A stretch of 63,999 nt of DNA, counting the filler, from Licmophora abbreviata (Eukaryota): the NCBI GenBank assembly GCA_900291995.1. It is 15 parts of 15 records of this genome, joined end to end, with 100 filler letters (N's around TTAATTAATTAA, not from the genome) between each part and the next. Parts side by side here need not be neighbours in the genome. Positions count along the whole stretch, not along the records: positions 1 to 6,351 come from OLMU01003409.1; positions 6,452 to 9,267 come from OLMU01003411.1; positions 9,368 to 11,225 come from OLMU01003412.1; positions 11,326 to 21,834 come from OLMU01003413.1; 11 more parts are not named here. One strand, 5' to 3'. The position numbers and the translations under genes were made by a program. This document shows, piece after piece, positions 1 to 11,489 of this stretch; within the stretch, counting starts at the first letter, position 1, and the number at the start of each line of letters is the position of its first letter. The notes under the pieces are model-generated. The model was not told the origin of the DNA and made no database searches. It saw only the letters and a program-made list of their open reading frames with translations.

Positions 1-13
1 GCTTGCTTCGACC

Positions 14-822
14 ATGACGACGGCTGAAACGCATCGCCGCGTTCTTCTTCGAGCGCTTCTTGTGCTCGTCGCAGTCTTGAGTGTGACAGCATCCGACGAT
101 GGTAGGTGGATCAAAAGAGAGAGAGAGAGAGAAACGCAAGAAGGAAGGAAAAACACAATTACCACTCGTGCGCACTGGGAACATGCCCCAAAACTAACGA
201 AAAAGACCTGTTGTCTCTTTTTTTTTTTTTATACTATGAATCAGACAAGGCCGTCACTTGCGGAAGCGCCATCAAGCTGCAGCACGTCGAGAGCAAGCAC
301 TACCTTTCTTCCGAAAACAAGAATCTCGGAGGCGGCAGCGGCCAGCAGATTGTAACGCACATTGCCGACAAGGCCTCGTCCCAGACGCTGTGGTGGCTGC
401 GAGGCGGACAAGAGGCACCCACCGAGTGTCCCCCAGCCACACCGGTGCCGTGCAACAGTCTGGTCCGACTGACGCACTTGGATACCCTGAGGAACCTTCA
501 TACACACGAGTATCAGTCACCTCTGAGTCGACAACAAGAGGTGACTGCCTTTGGAGACGGACAGGGCAATGGTGATACGGGAGACGACTGGCTCGTTGTG
601 TGTGTCGATACGAGCTCCAAGTATTGGATGAGAGGATCGCCCGTCTTTTTGAAACACAAGGATACCGACATGTATCTTGGCGGCAGTAGTACGGTGAAGT
701 TCACGTCGCAGAACTGTGGCAACAACTGTCCCATTATGAATCACTTGGAGGCCTTTGGACGCAAGGGAAAGGATCAGTACGGACAGTTCCAAGTGGATGT
801 GGGAGTCTTGTTGAGCAAGTGA
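14..822 (+). CDS. SDF2: Stromal cell-derived factor 2-like (MIR domain) ER protein; exons 14-101 and 245-822
   Basis: Signal peptide in exon 1; the GT..AG intron 102-244 joins in frame; motifs VTCGSAIKLQH, GSGQQIVT, VRLTHLDT..NLHTH, SPLSRQQEVTAFG, DTGDDW. Confidence 0.9.
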
Positions 823-1005
823 GATTTTACTGTAGTGAAGAGAAGCATGGAGGAGATAAGACGATAGATTGGATAGGAACCAAGCGCATGTTGAATGTAT
901 TCATTCATTTGAGTTTCTCTAGAGTCAATAACAGTACACCCTCGTACACATAACAATGATGCCGTCGACTGATGAGTCAATGTGCGCAGAAAGACATCGT
1001 CATCG

Positions 1006-2049
1006 TCAATACTCCATTGCTGTAGCTGCCATAGTGGTCATGACTGCTGCCTCGGACGGTGACACAATGTTACTGTAGGTGTCATGCTGCTGAAAGGGAT
1101 CGACAGTCGAATGAAACAAGAGGTCGTCGTTGTGTTCTGCAAATGGTACGGACGACGACGGATGCTTGGTCGGTGTCGTCGTTGTGTTCATCATTGTCAA
1201 TGGAGCAGTAGTAGTAGTAGCATCCATACTACCACCTTGTCCACCAGCATCCTCCCACGGAATACTGAATCGCGTGACACGAGGCTTGTCCGCCAGAATC
1301 GTTCGAACTACCTGATGCGGCTGCACCATTGGAAGTTCCTCCTCCTCGTGCGTCAACGCGTCGTCGTGGTGGTCCATTGTAGTAGTAGTAGTAGTACTAC
1401 TGCTATTGGTGGTTGTACTATCTTCATTGTTGACATAATATCCAATCCGCACAAACTCGTGTCCTTGATAACTGCAGGCAATCAGCACGACCGTGACTCC
1501 GAGAATGCTGGGAATCTTGGTCGTGTCGGGCGCATCGACGTGCAAGACAAACTTGTGCAAGCCCGCATGGACCGGTCCGACCATGACTTCGTCCAAGACT
1601 TGATCGTAGTCGCTGCTCTCGGCGCTACCGACATACAAGACCTTCCACTCGAGGTCTAAGTGAGATGTATAGTAGTAGTGTGAGTGTAGTAGAGTGTGAG
1701 TTGGACGGCGAAGACAGTGAAATTGTATGATAGCAGTATAAATATATACAAAGCACTTTTTGTGTTTGGAACTCACCGTCTTTGAGATCCTGTAGACATT
1801 CAAAGGTGATTTCGAACTGAAAGGGATTGGTAAAGTTCGTTGGATTGTCCAGAACGACCTATGCAGAGAGTAAGGAAAGCGGTGAAACGGAAAAAAAACG
1901 TGAGAGGAGCGGTAGAATGGAAGCAAGGTACTGGTGATAGTGAGACTGAGTAGACTCGACTCGACTCGACTCTCTCTATTCTCGTCTCTTCTAGAGATCT
2001 CATCATTCTTTCTTCTTCGTACCACATTGACGACATTGACCAGGGACAT
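1006..2049 (-). CDS. ASF1: Histone chaperone ASF1, copy 1; exons 2049-2023, 1858-1777, 1655-1006
   Basis: Spliced product [65 protein letters not shown]...[11 protein letters not shown]...[11 protein letters not shown], followed by a Thr-rich tail. Confidence 0.92.
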   Translation of the reverse strand: MSLVNVVNVVRRRKNDEISRRDENRESRVESSLLSLTITSTLLPFYRSSHVFFPFHRFPYSLHRSFWTIQRTLPIPFSSKSPLNVYRISKTVSSKHKKCFVYIYTAIIQFHCLRRPTHTLLHSHYYYTSHLDLEWKVLYVGSAESSDYDQVLDEVMVGPVHAGLHKFVLHVDAPDTTKIPSILGVTVVLIACSYQGHEFVRIGYYVNNEDSTTTNSSSTTTTTTMDHHDDALTHEEEELPMVQPHQVVRTILADKPRVTRFSIPWEDAGGQGGSMDATTTTAPLTMMNTTTTPTKHPSSSVPFAEHNDDLLFHSTVDPFQQHDTYSNIVSPSEAAVMTTMAATAMEY

Positions 2050-2264
2050 GCTGCAGAGACTCGAAGCACGAGAGAACAAAAAGAGTCGCGTGTGGTGATG
2101 AAATGCAATGCGATGCGATGGATTCTGCAGAGATAGATTGCCATGTTTACCGTATGAGAATGGCGCGCAGGCCAATGATCACGTAGACGGCAGTACAAAC
2201 CCTACGCAAACTTCAGATGGCGCATTCCCCAGCGCGAGGTCTCGCTCGTACAACGCCTACAAAT

Positions 2265-2310
2265 TGACTGACTCGACTGACTCGACTCGACTGACTCGAC
2301 TCGACTAACT
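2265..2310. repeat. Imperfect (ACTCG)n/(GACT)n microsatellite
   Basis: gactgactcgactgactcgactcgactgactcgactcgact; a similar tract lies at about 1953-1972. Confidence 0.7.
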
Positions 2311-2751
2311 CTCGGACGAAGCGAGCGTGTTATGATAGTAGGTCGAAGCAAGAAATGAAGGAATGAGCTATCATATCATACTTGGTAAACAAAGAAGAAA
2401 GGAGAAAAGAGAAGATGGCAATCTCACGCATGAAGCTACTCCAAGGGCTGTGACATCTAGCCACTCGTCTCGTTGCTTCCGGTCCCTCTAGCTAGAGTGT
2501 CGCTCCCACCGGTACTCTCTCACAGTGATACCATACTAGCAGTCTCAACGATAGACTTTGCGACACTAAATGCTCGATCAAGGCGCATTCGATACTTTCT
2601 TCTTCTTATATAATACTTAAGTTCAACTTCATTATTTCCATCCAGTGCTTTCTCCTTTCACTTCATGTACTAATCGAGCTCTTGTAAAACCATTCCTACT
2701 CGTCCCAATATGTATAATGTCCTCTATACTCGTCTACAATCATAGAATCCA

Positions 2752-5700
2752 TCACGCAACGCAGGTATTGCCAACGCACTTGTTCAATTCACCGTTAGCA
2801 GCGTTGCGACATTGCCAGTTGGCAGTGCACCCCACACATGCATTGTCCACACAGGCAAGTCCGGCGTCGGCATTCCGGCATTGCCCATTGGAGGAACATT
2901 CCACGCACGTGCTGCCAACACAAAATGGTAGAGAATCGCTGCACTGCCCATTGGATTGGCATTCCACACATTCGCTTTCCACGCAATAGTCTCCCTCGTA
3001 CTCGCCGCGATTCCTGCATTGCCAATTCGATTTGCAACCCACGCACATCTTATCGACGCAAGCACGTCCCCTCCCAGCGTTTAGACATTGACCGTTGGTG
3101 TCGCAATCCATGCACACGTGGTCCGAGGAGGTGCATGTTCCCGGCATGTCCATATCGGCACAGGTCAAGCAGAGAAGCTTTGTATCGTCGGTATTGGTAC
3201 GACATTGGATATTGGTCAGGCATGGCACACATGTTCCTGCATCGCATGCAAAGCCAAGTCCACCTCCGACACAATCACTGTCGTCCGTACATGTTCCTGG
3301 GTCAATGTCGTCATTCTCAATGGTAGCCGTTGCACTTGCAACCGCAATCACTTCACCGTTTGTGGGATTGCTGATCGTGACGGTAAACGTCTCGTTGGGC
3401 TCAAAGTCTGCATCCCCCGCTACAAGGATGTCGAGCGGCTGGAAGACATCGCCACTCGCAAAGCTGACGGTTCCTGATGGTAACTCTCCGCCCTCAAAAT
3501 CGGTCCCGTCGACAGTGCCAGAGACGGTATAGTCCACTGAGGAGGCGACGGTAGTGTCGGAGCCACTGCGAACAAGAGCAAACACGAACTTGGTAGAGTC
3601 AGTGTTGCCTTCAGGCTGCGAGGTGTCCACAGCAAACACGGAGAACGTCGTAGGCTGTGCTCGTGTTGAAGATCAAGAAAGTACGATAGGAGGGAGCAAA
3701 GACGATGAGATACAGATACCAGCTGCAGTAGCCTATAAATCAAACAGGATCGAGCAGGGAAAGGACAGCGAACTTACCGGTACAACGTCATCATTCTCAA
3801 TGGTAGTCGTTGCAGAGGTGACACCAAGCGACTCCCCATTGGCGGGGCTGCTCAACGTCATGGTGAACGTCTCATCGGATTCGATATCATTGCCCCCCTT
3901 TACTTGAACCACGACCGTTTGGGTCACTTCACCAACATCAAAGTTGACCGTTCCAGATGGTAAGCTTTCGCCATCATTAAGAGATCGAGAAAAATCGGAC
4001 CCATCCACATTGTCACTAACTGCGTATTCAACACTTGTAGCGCCGCTCGTACTACCGCTTCGACTGACATTAAAGGCAAGGGTGGTGACACCAGACAGGT
4101 CGACAGCAGCAATGTCGAAGGTGTTCTGGTATGGTTAACAATCAAACACAAACAACGTTCGCTAGAAGATAAGAAAGAAAGCGAGCTAAGACGACAAGCA
4201 GCACCGCCCTCAAGCACAACACTCACATCATCACCCTCGACGATAGCGGTGGCAGTTGCGGCTATGATCGCTTCACCATTGGCGGCATCGCTTATCGTAA
4301 CGACAATGGTCTCATCGGATTCGATGTCCGTGTCCCCATTCACTTCAACCGTGATAGACTGGAAGGAAATGCCATCTCCAAAAGTAAGTGTTCCTAATAG
4401 CAAGGTGCCATCCACAAGATCGGACTCGTCGACGTCGCCAGAAATGGCATAGTTCACACTTGTTGTGCCAGTGGTGCCACCTCTGCGAGCAACTTCAAAT
4501 GTGAACGTCGTAGTGCCGCTATCGCCTTCAGGCAGCGATGTGTCGATGGCCGAAATAGCAAACAATGTCTGTATCTATGGTATTCGAGTACAGTTCGTAA
4601 CCAGAGCCAGTTTTGACGCAGGCAAGAAAGAGCGAGCGTCAGTGTGACCACGAATGAAGACATCACAATGGCATTGGCCAATGATGCACAGTCAACACTT
4701 ACTTCATAGACGTATGCAGCGCCACCAGAGCTGGGTTTGTTGATTGGGAAGTAAAACGGAGCCCCCACGACAACGATACCGCTGGATATGCCCACAGAAT
4801 AACCGAACTCAGAATTTGAATACTCTAACGCGGAACCTGGGGCTAGCACTTTCTGCGTTTCAGGCCATGTTTCATCATCAGTAGATTTCTCGAAGACGTA
4901 TACCGCTCCAGCGGAGCTACCGCTAATGTTGTCATCTTGATAGGCACCGACGACAATCGTAGTTCCATCGATCGCCACCGCATATCCAAGCCTATCAAAC
5001 GCAGCGGCATCAGATGCAACCAGCTTTGTCTCCTTTCCAGGCCAGGCATCATCTGACTTTTCAAAGACGTATGCGGCGCCTGCCCTATCACCGCCATCGT
5101 TGTCGTCTTGATAGGCACCGACGACAATCGTCGTTCCATCGATCGCCACGGCGTATCCAAACGCACTAGCCAAACCACTATCAGATGCAATAAGCTTCGT
5201 TGTCTCAAGCCACACATTATTTGATTTCTCAAAGATGTATGCGCTACCATTGCTGCCGTTCCCATAGGCGCCGATGACAATCGTTGTTCCATCGATCGCC
5301 ACGGCCCCTCCGAACATATCAGTCTCAGCACCATCAGAGGCAAGAAGCTTCTGTGTTGGAATCCACGTTCCTCCAAAACGTTTCTCGAAGATGTATGCCG
5401 ATCCCGAGGATGTGCCGTTGTCGTCGTCGAAAAAGGCACCGACAACTATCGTCATTCCATCGGTTGCCACCGCACATCCAAACCGATCCTCCTCGGCATT
5501 GCCATCAAAGCGAAGAAGCCTCAATGTCTCTGTCTCAGGCCAAATACCATTTGACTTTTCAAAGACGTATGCGGCCCCTGCGTTACTGGCACCATCGATG
5601 TCGTTTTGAAAGGCCCCGATGACAATCGTTGTTCCAGCGATCGCCAGAGCAGCTCCAAACAAATCAAACGAACCACCATCGGAGGCAGCGAGCTTCTGTG

Positions 5701-5974
5701 TCTGAAGCCACGTGCCATCATCTTTCGATTTCTCGAAGACGTACGCCGCTTCGAGGTCTTGCAAGGCACCGACGACCATCGTGGTCCCAGAGATCGCCAC
5801 TGCATACCCAAAAAAGATTGGTTCGCTAGCCCCAGGACCAATTTCAGGGACGACGAGCTCAGCCACTGGAAGAATGGAGTTTGCGGTCGCTGTTTTGGTA
5901 ACAGAACTACCAAGAAATAGGAACAATGACAGTAGTCGGGCGGAGAGAAGGAGGACTCGGACAGAAGAAAGCAT
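2752..5974 (-). CDS. Secreted protein with 7 FG-GAP repeats (beta-propeller), 3 Calx-beta domains and a Cys-rich repeat tail; exons 5974-4703, 4568-4227, 4125-3778, 3654-2752
   Basis: Signal peptide MLSSVRVLLL...; seven FGxAVAIxGxTIVVGA..AGAAYVF repeats; Calx-beta motifs SGTVxFxxG..Q..V.V.GDxDIESDETFTVTLS; CVEC..NGQC repeats; canonical phase-0 introns. Confidence 0.85.
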
Positions 5975-6351
5975 TGTTTGTTTGTTGACGTCGTGGCTGT
6001 GGCTGGTATGCGCGCGGGCGTAGTACAAAGTTTGTGGCGAGGCAGCAGCCAGGGTAGTAGCTAAGGCTCGAAGGAAGCAAGGAATCAAGAAACCGACAAT
6101 CTTGCAATCTTGTTCTTCTTTGGATCATCCAACTGAAAGATTTGTGTGCTCAACGAATGATAGCATCGCACAAACAGAGGGATGCGAAAGCACAAGGACT
6201 CACAAGCTACAAGACTCACGAGCAACCGGGACTTCACCAAACGCGGATCGTCTTATGTATCCACATGATCTTAGCAAGCGAGACTTCACGCAGTCGCGGC
6301 TCATTTCCACATACTGTGCAGTACTCCTGGTACTGGGTGACTGTTGCGTGT

Positions 6352-6451
6352 NNNNNNNNNNNNNNNNNNNNNNNNNNNNNNNNNNNNNNNNNNNNTTAAT
6401 TAATTAANNNNNNNNNNNNNNNNNNNNNNNNNNNNNNNNNNNNNNNNNNNN
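6352..6451. other. Assembly gap linker, first of 14; others at 9268-9367, 11226-11325, 21835-21934, 30045-30144, 34251-34350, 37651-37750, 39784-39883, 41450-41549, 49013-49112, 54044-54143, 55334-55433, 61113-61212, 62845-62944
   Basis: N44-TTAATTAATTAA-N44, an artificial spacer with stops in all six frames. Confidence 0.98.
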
Positions 6452-6511
6452 TAGAGAAAGCGCGAGACCACGCAATCGACTCATCCTTCTGCTCCTCTGT
6501 TGCACACGCAG

Positions 6512-7216
6512 TCCCATGGGGCAAACACATGCTGGCAACCAACAAGTGGACCAACACTGCTAAACGCGACGAGAAACAAAACAAAACCAACGTCCTTCCG
6601 GTTGTGCTCACGAGAGATCCCTACTCATGGATGAACAGCATGTGCAAACACCCCTATGCCGCCAAGTGGCATCACTCGACGCAGCACTGTCCCAATTTGG
6701 TCCCCAACGTGCATGACTATGCTTTGTATCCTTTTTCGGGAAAGAATATTCCGGTGAGGATCAATTTTTCAGGGAAACCATGCGAATGCGACGCAGGAGG
6801 TGTCGAAATGGCCGTCGCTGGCGCATGTGTGGACGGATTGGTATCGACAATATCAGCAAGCGGACTATCCGAGACTCATGATTCGATTTGAAGATTTAGT
6901 CTTTCATCCAAAGGAACTCATTTCGACGATTTGCGAATGTGGAGGCGCCGAACCGATGGATAAGGACGAAAATTCGTTCATTTACATGGTGGACAGCGCC
7001 AAGTGGGGGCCCGGTCATGGAGGGGAAAGTGCAAAGAAGACGTCGCTTATTTCAGCCATGATCAAGTATGGGAGTGAAGCAAGACGGTTGCAGGGATTTC
7101 AGAAGGAAGATCTGGAGCTGGCGCATGTTGCGTTGGATCCTGAACTGATGCGAATTTTTCACTACAATGTACCGTTGCATGACGACGATACTGTAGAAAA
7201 GGCCAAGACATTTTAG
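6512..7216 (+). CDS. Sulfotransferase-like protein (VPWGKH family), 3' exon only; apparent +1 frameshift near 6765-6777
   Basis: Acceptor cgcag at 6511, then (V)PWGKH...TRDPYSWMNSMCKHPY...HCPNL; after the frameshift SLAHVWTDWY...IRFEDLVFHP; the 5' part is lost in the gap. Confidence 0.7.
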
Positions 7217-7307
7217 ATGAGTCGACTGGTATCTGTCACTCGTCTAGAGACTATGAGTAGAAACGTTATTACAGCGTCAAGTAGAAATACAAGTTCCCCG
7301 AACCACA

Positions 7308-10300
7308 TCATTTCAATTCTGTCGCGGCGTCGTAGCCAGCTGGAAGGCGACCTAGTTCGAGAAAGACTTTCGGAACTTCCGTGTTCGGAACGACCTTGTA
7401 GTTGCCCGCTTTGTAGCCTGCCATCCAGAGCCTTGCGCCATCCTGCGGGAGGGCGTCAGAGAAGAAGAGCGTTGTCGGGAACACTTCGCTCTCCCCCAAT
7501 ATGTGCCGCACGGACGCTGTGACTTCTTCATCACTTGCAGCCGACAAGGACGGGCCGCTGGACGGTCGACCGACCAGAAAGTCTACTCGGAACATGTCCT
7601 TGTTAGCCCCGAGCTTCTCTGCCGTCTTCATCAGATAGTCCCAGTCGACAAAGCTGGGAACCTCCTTGTCGAAGCTCCCTTTGACGGCTGTACCATTGCG
7701 ATAGAAGAACGCACCCGTGAAACGCCTCTGGCTTTCGACATAGTTGTACTGAGCGACCCACACCTTTCCCCAAATGACAAAGACACAAAACTCCCATGGA
7801 GGTCGTTCCCAATGGGAGACATGCGAAAAGCGTTCTTCCACTGAAAACCCAGGCTGGACGTTCTTTAGCGCCCAGCTCTCCTTTTCTTGCGCAAGCTCGT
7901 GCAGGTTCTCAGCAAGGCCTTGCGCGACGTCTGCGTTACTAAACTTCTTGCCTTCGGCGGCATTCAGGGACCGTGCTCGCGAGCTAATCATGGTCTCATT
8001 GGTTTGGGGATGTTGACTCACAAGCCATATTCCACCCGTCTCGGAGAAATGATTCGGCTTGGCGCAATAGTTCGTATTGTTGGGAAGGAGTTCGAAAATA
8101 GCCTTTGCCTCCTCCTGTACGTCACCTGCACCTTTGAGTTCCGACCCGTATCGCAACACTAGCTGCTTGGCTTGGTCAATCCCTTGAGACGGCATCCACC
8201 TCTTTCGGGCGCATTTGTCAATGTAAAACGACCAGCTGGGTCGCTGGAGGTTGCGGCGAAGCTTCAAGATGTCCTGCCAGTCTTCATGCCCTTGCAGGAG
8301 ATCGCCAATATCAAAGTCTTCAAACAGCTCGTAGGGAGGCTGTTCCTGAGCAACCACCAGATCCTCGCTTAGTTTGTACTCACCAAGATTAACACCAGCT
8401 ACGACAAAGTCAGTCTGCGTATACCGCGAGCGCTCCCAAGGGCCAGTTCCAGCCATGATTGCGCGTTGCATGCCATCCTGCAAAGCAAAGTAGTACTCCT
8501 TCACCAGCCGATATTCGTGCAGTGGCAACTCGTCTGGTGGGACAACGCTGTCGTCAAAGAGTCCCTGCATCGTACCGAGACGATCCAACTCATGTTGCAT
8601 GGCGTCAAATGCCTTGGGCGTTGAGGGACGTCCGTGTGGCCACTTGACAACGAGTTCATCCAAGTCGTCATGAGGCACCTCCAAGATGAAATCGATGTCA
8701 TAAATGGTGCCTCCTTCGCCGTACAGTTGAAAGTCAAACCGTCGAGGGTAGTCTTCCACTATGCCACTGTCGTGAAGCACGTGAGGAGTTCCCATGGATT
8801 CACCGTATCCATTGGACCCATAAACGATCGCCCCAATTTTAATGTACTGAGATGCAGCGACACCGATGTCCTTCCCTGAGTGGGCCTGGGTAAGCTGGGT
8901 ATTGTAGAATGGCTCGTCGCGATGGCTGAACAAATCCAGAAAAGGCATCATGACTTCCTGCTGGTGATGACCAGGTGTATGGAATCCGCCAGAGCGGTTC
9001 GAAATCACAAACAAAGCTATTCGGATTGCCTCTTCGTCGTTTTTATCGATTCCACATGATTGCGTTATCCATCGTCGGTGACTGCCTGTGTTCTGAGGGG
9101 GCAGATTCTCTCCCACCACGCTTGAGAGAAGATTAATTCCAGGATCGGACCATCCGTCTGGAAGCATCACCGGCTTGGACAAGTGCTCAAGTAGGCGCAA
9201 ATAGGGCGCCTTGTCGGACGTGCCGCTATGATATCGATCAAGCTCACGTACGGTGGCGAGAATGGTTNNNNNNNNNNNNNNNNNNNNNNNNNNNNNNNNN
9301 NNNNNNNNNNNTTAATTAATTAANNNNNNNNNNNNNNNNNNNNNNNNNNNNNNNNNNNNNNNNNNNNGTCTATTCGCAGGTGCTTGTTCACGCATCCGCC
9401 GTTTTCGCGAATCCACCGAATCAAGTCCTCAATCATCTGTCCCACCTCTGTCGTCGCATTCGACTCGATCACACTCTCAGGAACTTCCAACATTGGATCT
9501 GGAAGTCGGCCCCACTCAAGAAACTCGTTCGGGACCTCCGTGTTTGGAACGACCTTATAGTTTCCCTGCTTGTAGCCCGCCATCCACAGCCTCGCGCCAT
9601 CCTCAGGGAGACTGTTGGAAAAGAAGAGCGTCGTCGGAAACACTTCACTCTCCGATAAAATGTGTCTCATTGACGCTTTGACCTGTTCATCGGACGCTCC
9701 GGTCAACGATGGACCGCCAGATGGGCGACCGACGAGGAAGTCGACTCGAAACATGTCCTTGTTGGCTCCAAGCTTCTCCGCTGTCTCGACCAAGTAGTCC
9801 CAATCGACCAATTCCGGAATCTCGTCAAAACTCCCTTTGACAGCCGTTCCATTGCGGTAAAAGTAGGCACCCGTGAATCGCTCCTGCTCTTCCACATAAT
9901 TGAACTGTCCCACCCACACACGACCCCAAATGACAAAGATGCAAAACTCCCAGGGCGGCCTTTCCCAGTGTTGGACATGCGAAAAGCGTTCTTCGACGAC
10001 AAAGCCGGGCTGGACATTCTGCAATGCCCAGGACTCTTTTGCGGGAGCGGTCTCATCCAAGTTGTCGGCCAAGTCGTAGGCTACATCCCAGTTATCAAAC
10101 TCGTCGCCTTCCTCCGCATTGAGCGATCGAGCTTTCGAACTAATCATGGTTTCGTTGGTCACTGGATGCCGACTCACAAGCCAAATCCCACCCGTTTCCG
10201 AGAAATGATTCGGTTTGGCACAAAAGTTGGTAGTGTTGGGCAGGAGCCGGTAAATGACCTCGGCGGTATCCTGACGGTCGCCCGCCCCCTCAAGTTCCGA

Positions 10301-10792
10301 CCCATAGCGCAATGCGAACTGCTCCGCTTGATCGATCCTCTTTCCTTGCGTCGCAGCACCAATCCATCGTTTGCGAGCCACCTTGTCGACGTAAAAGGAC
10401 CATGACTTTCGTGGAAGATTTTTCCGAATCTCTAAGATTTCCCACCACCCCTCGTCTCCTTGAAGCAGACTGCCAATATCAAAGTCTTCAAAGAGTTCGA
10501 AAGGCGGGGTGGTTGTCGCATCTACTTCTTCTGAGTGCGATGGCAACCCGTAGGCTCCCAAATTGACTCCTGCTACCCAAAAGTCGGTTTGCGTAAAATC
10601 AGATGGTTCCAAGATGGAAGCATTGTCGTCAGGGCATGTACCAGTGCTACTGCACTGCCCCGGATGGGTTTGGTGTGTACTAGCAGCCGTGACAGAGTGT
10701 TGCGGATGCGGGTCTTTGGATTCCGCTGCTGTCGCCACCAGTGCAAGTGCCGGCAACAAGAACAACAGCTCCCAGACGTAGCAGCGTGTCAT
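7308..10792 (-). CDS. Probable single gene across the gap: signal peptide, TupA-like ATP-grasp, SET-like domain, second TupA-like ATP-grasp
   Basis: 10792-9368 reads signal peptide, ATP-grasp (YVDKVARKRW, AKPNHFSETGG, VVEERF, EFCIFVIWG, FRVDF, SESEVFP), then WIRENGGCV (SET start). 9267-7308 resumes TVRELDRY..APYLRLL..MMPFLDLFSHRD and ends in a second ATP-grasp. Confidence 0.75.
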
Positions 10793-11489
10793 AATTCTTC
10801 GATTCCAGGATCCGTTAAGGAGTCTAGAGTTCCTGCAGTAGGTAAACTAGTAGATGGAATGATGAACCTTGGATAAACGCCTTGTCGCCTTCTTGTGATC
10901 ATTTCCAACCGGATCTGCAGTGATTGATGATTGAGAACCCTAAAAACTACCCATCGGTCAATGTTCTCGGATAAAAACTACTCGCATTAAAGTAGCAGGA
11001 TGAGCAAACGATCAAGCGCAAGACTTGAAATATTTAGTAGGCGTACCTGTGTACTACGAAATATATTTTATTATAAATGATGTAAGTCTTCGTTGAGAAA
11101 GTTCTTGCTGATTATTTTGTTCATACTTGAGTATCAGCATTACGGATACATTATAATTAAACGTTTACAGGACTTAATACTATTTTGACGGACTCGCGCT
11201 TGAAAGACCTTGCCAAAATTGTGAGNNNNNNNNNNNNNNNNNNNNNNNNNNNNNNNNNNNNNNNNNNNNTTAATTAATTAANNNNNNNNNNNNNNNNNNN
11301 NNNNNNNNNNNNNNNNNNNNNNNNNGTTTTGCGCGCCCTCATCACTCATTGAGTGCCTTTCTCTCCTCTTTTTTCTCTGATGCAGCAGCACATATCACAC
11401 TCAGACGGGCCCGTTTAGATATATCTGAACCAAGAAGTCATCCCCACGCACGCTCAAGGTCCACACGCAACTCAAGTTAAGCCCGAACA

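Noticed and set aside
1006..2175. 389-aa continuous ORF as a novel extended protein
   Set aside because: Chance read-through of two ASF1 introns; the conserved exon 2 is in a different frame
4700..5900. Periodic repeats of about 170 nt as a CRISPR array or satellite
   Set aside because: They are coding FG-GAP blades; there are no cas genes and the context is eukaryotic
10900..11225. AT-rich tract as a transposon end or centromere-like element (also 58880-59070)
   Set aside because: Short, with no terminal repeats or transposase visible
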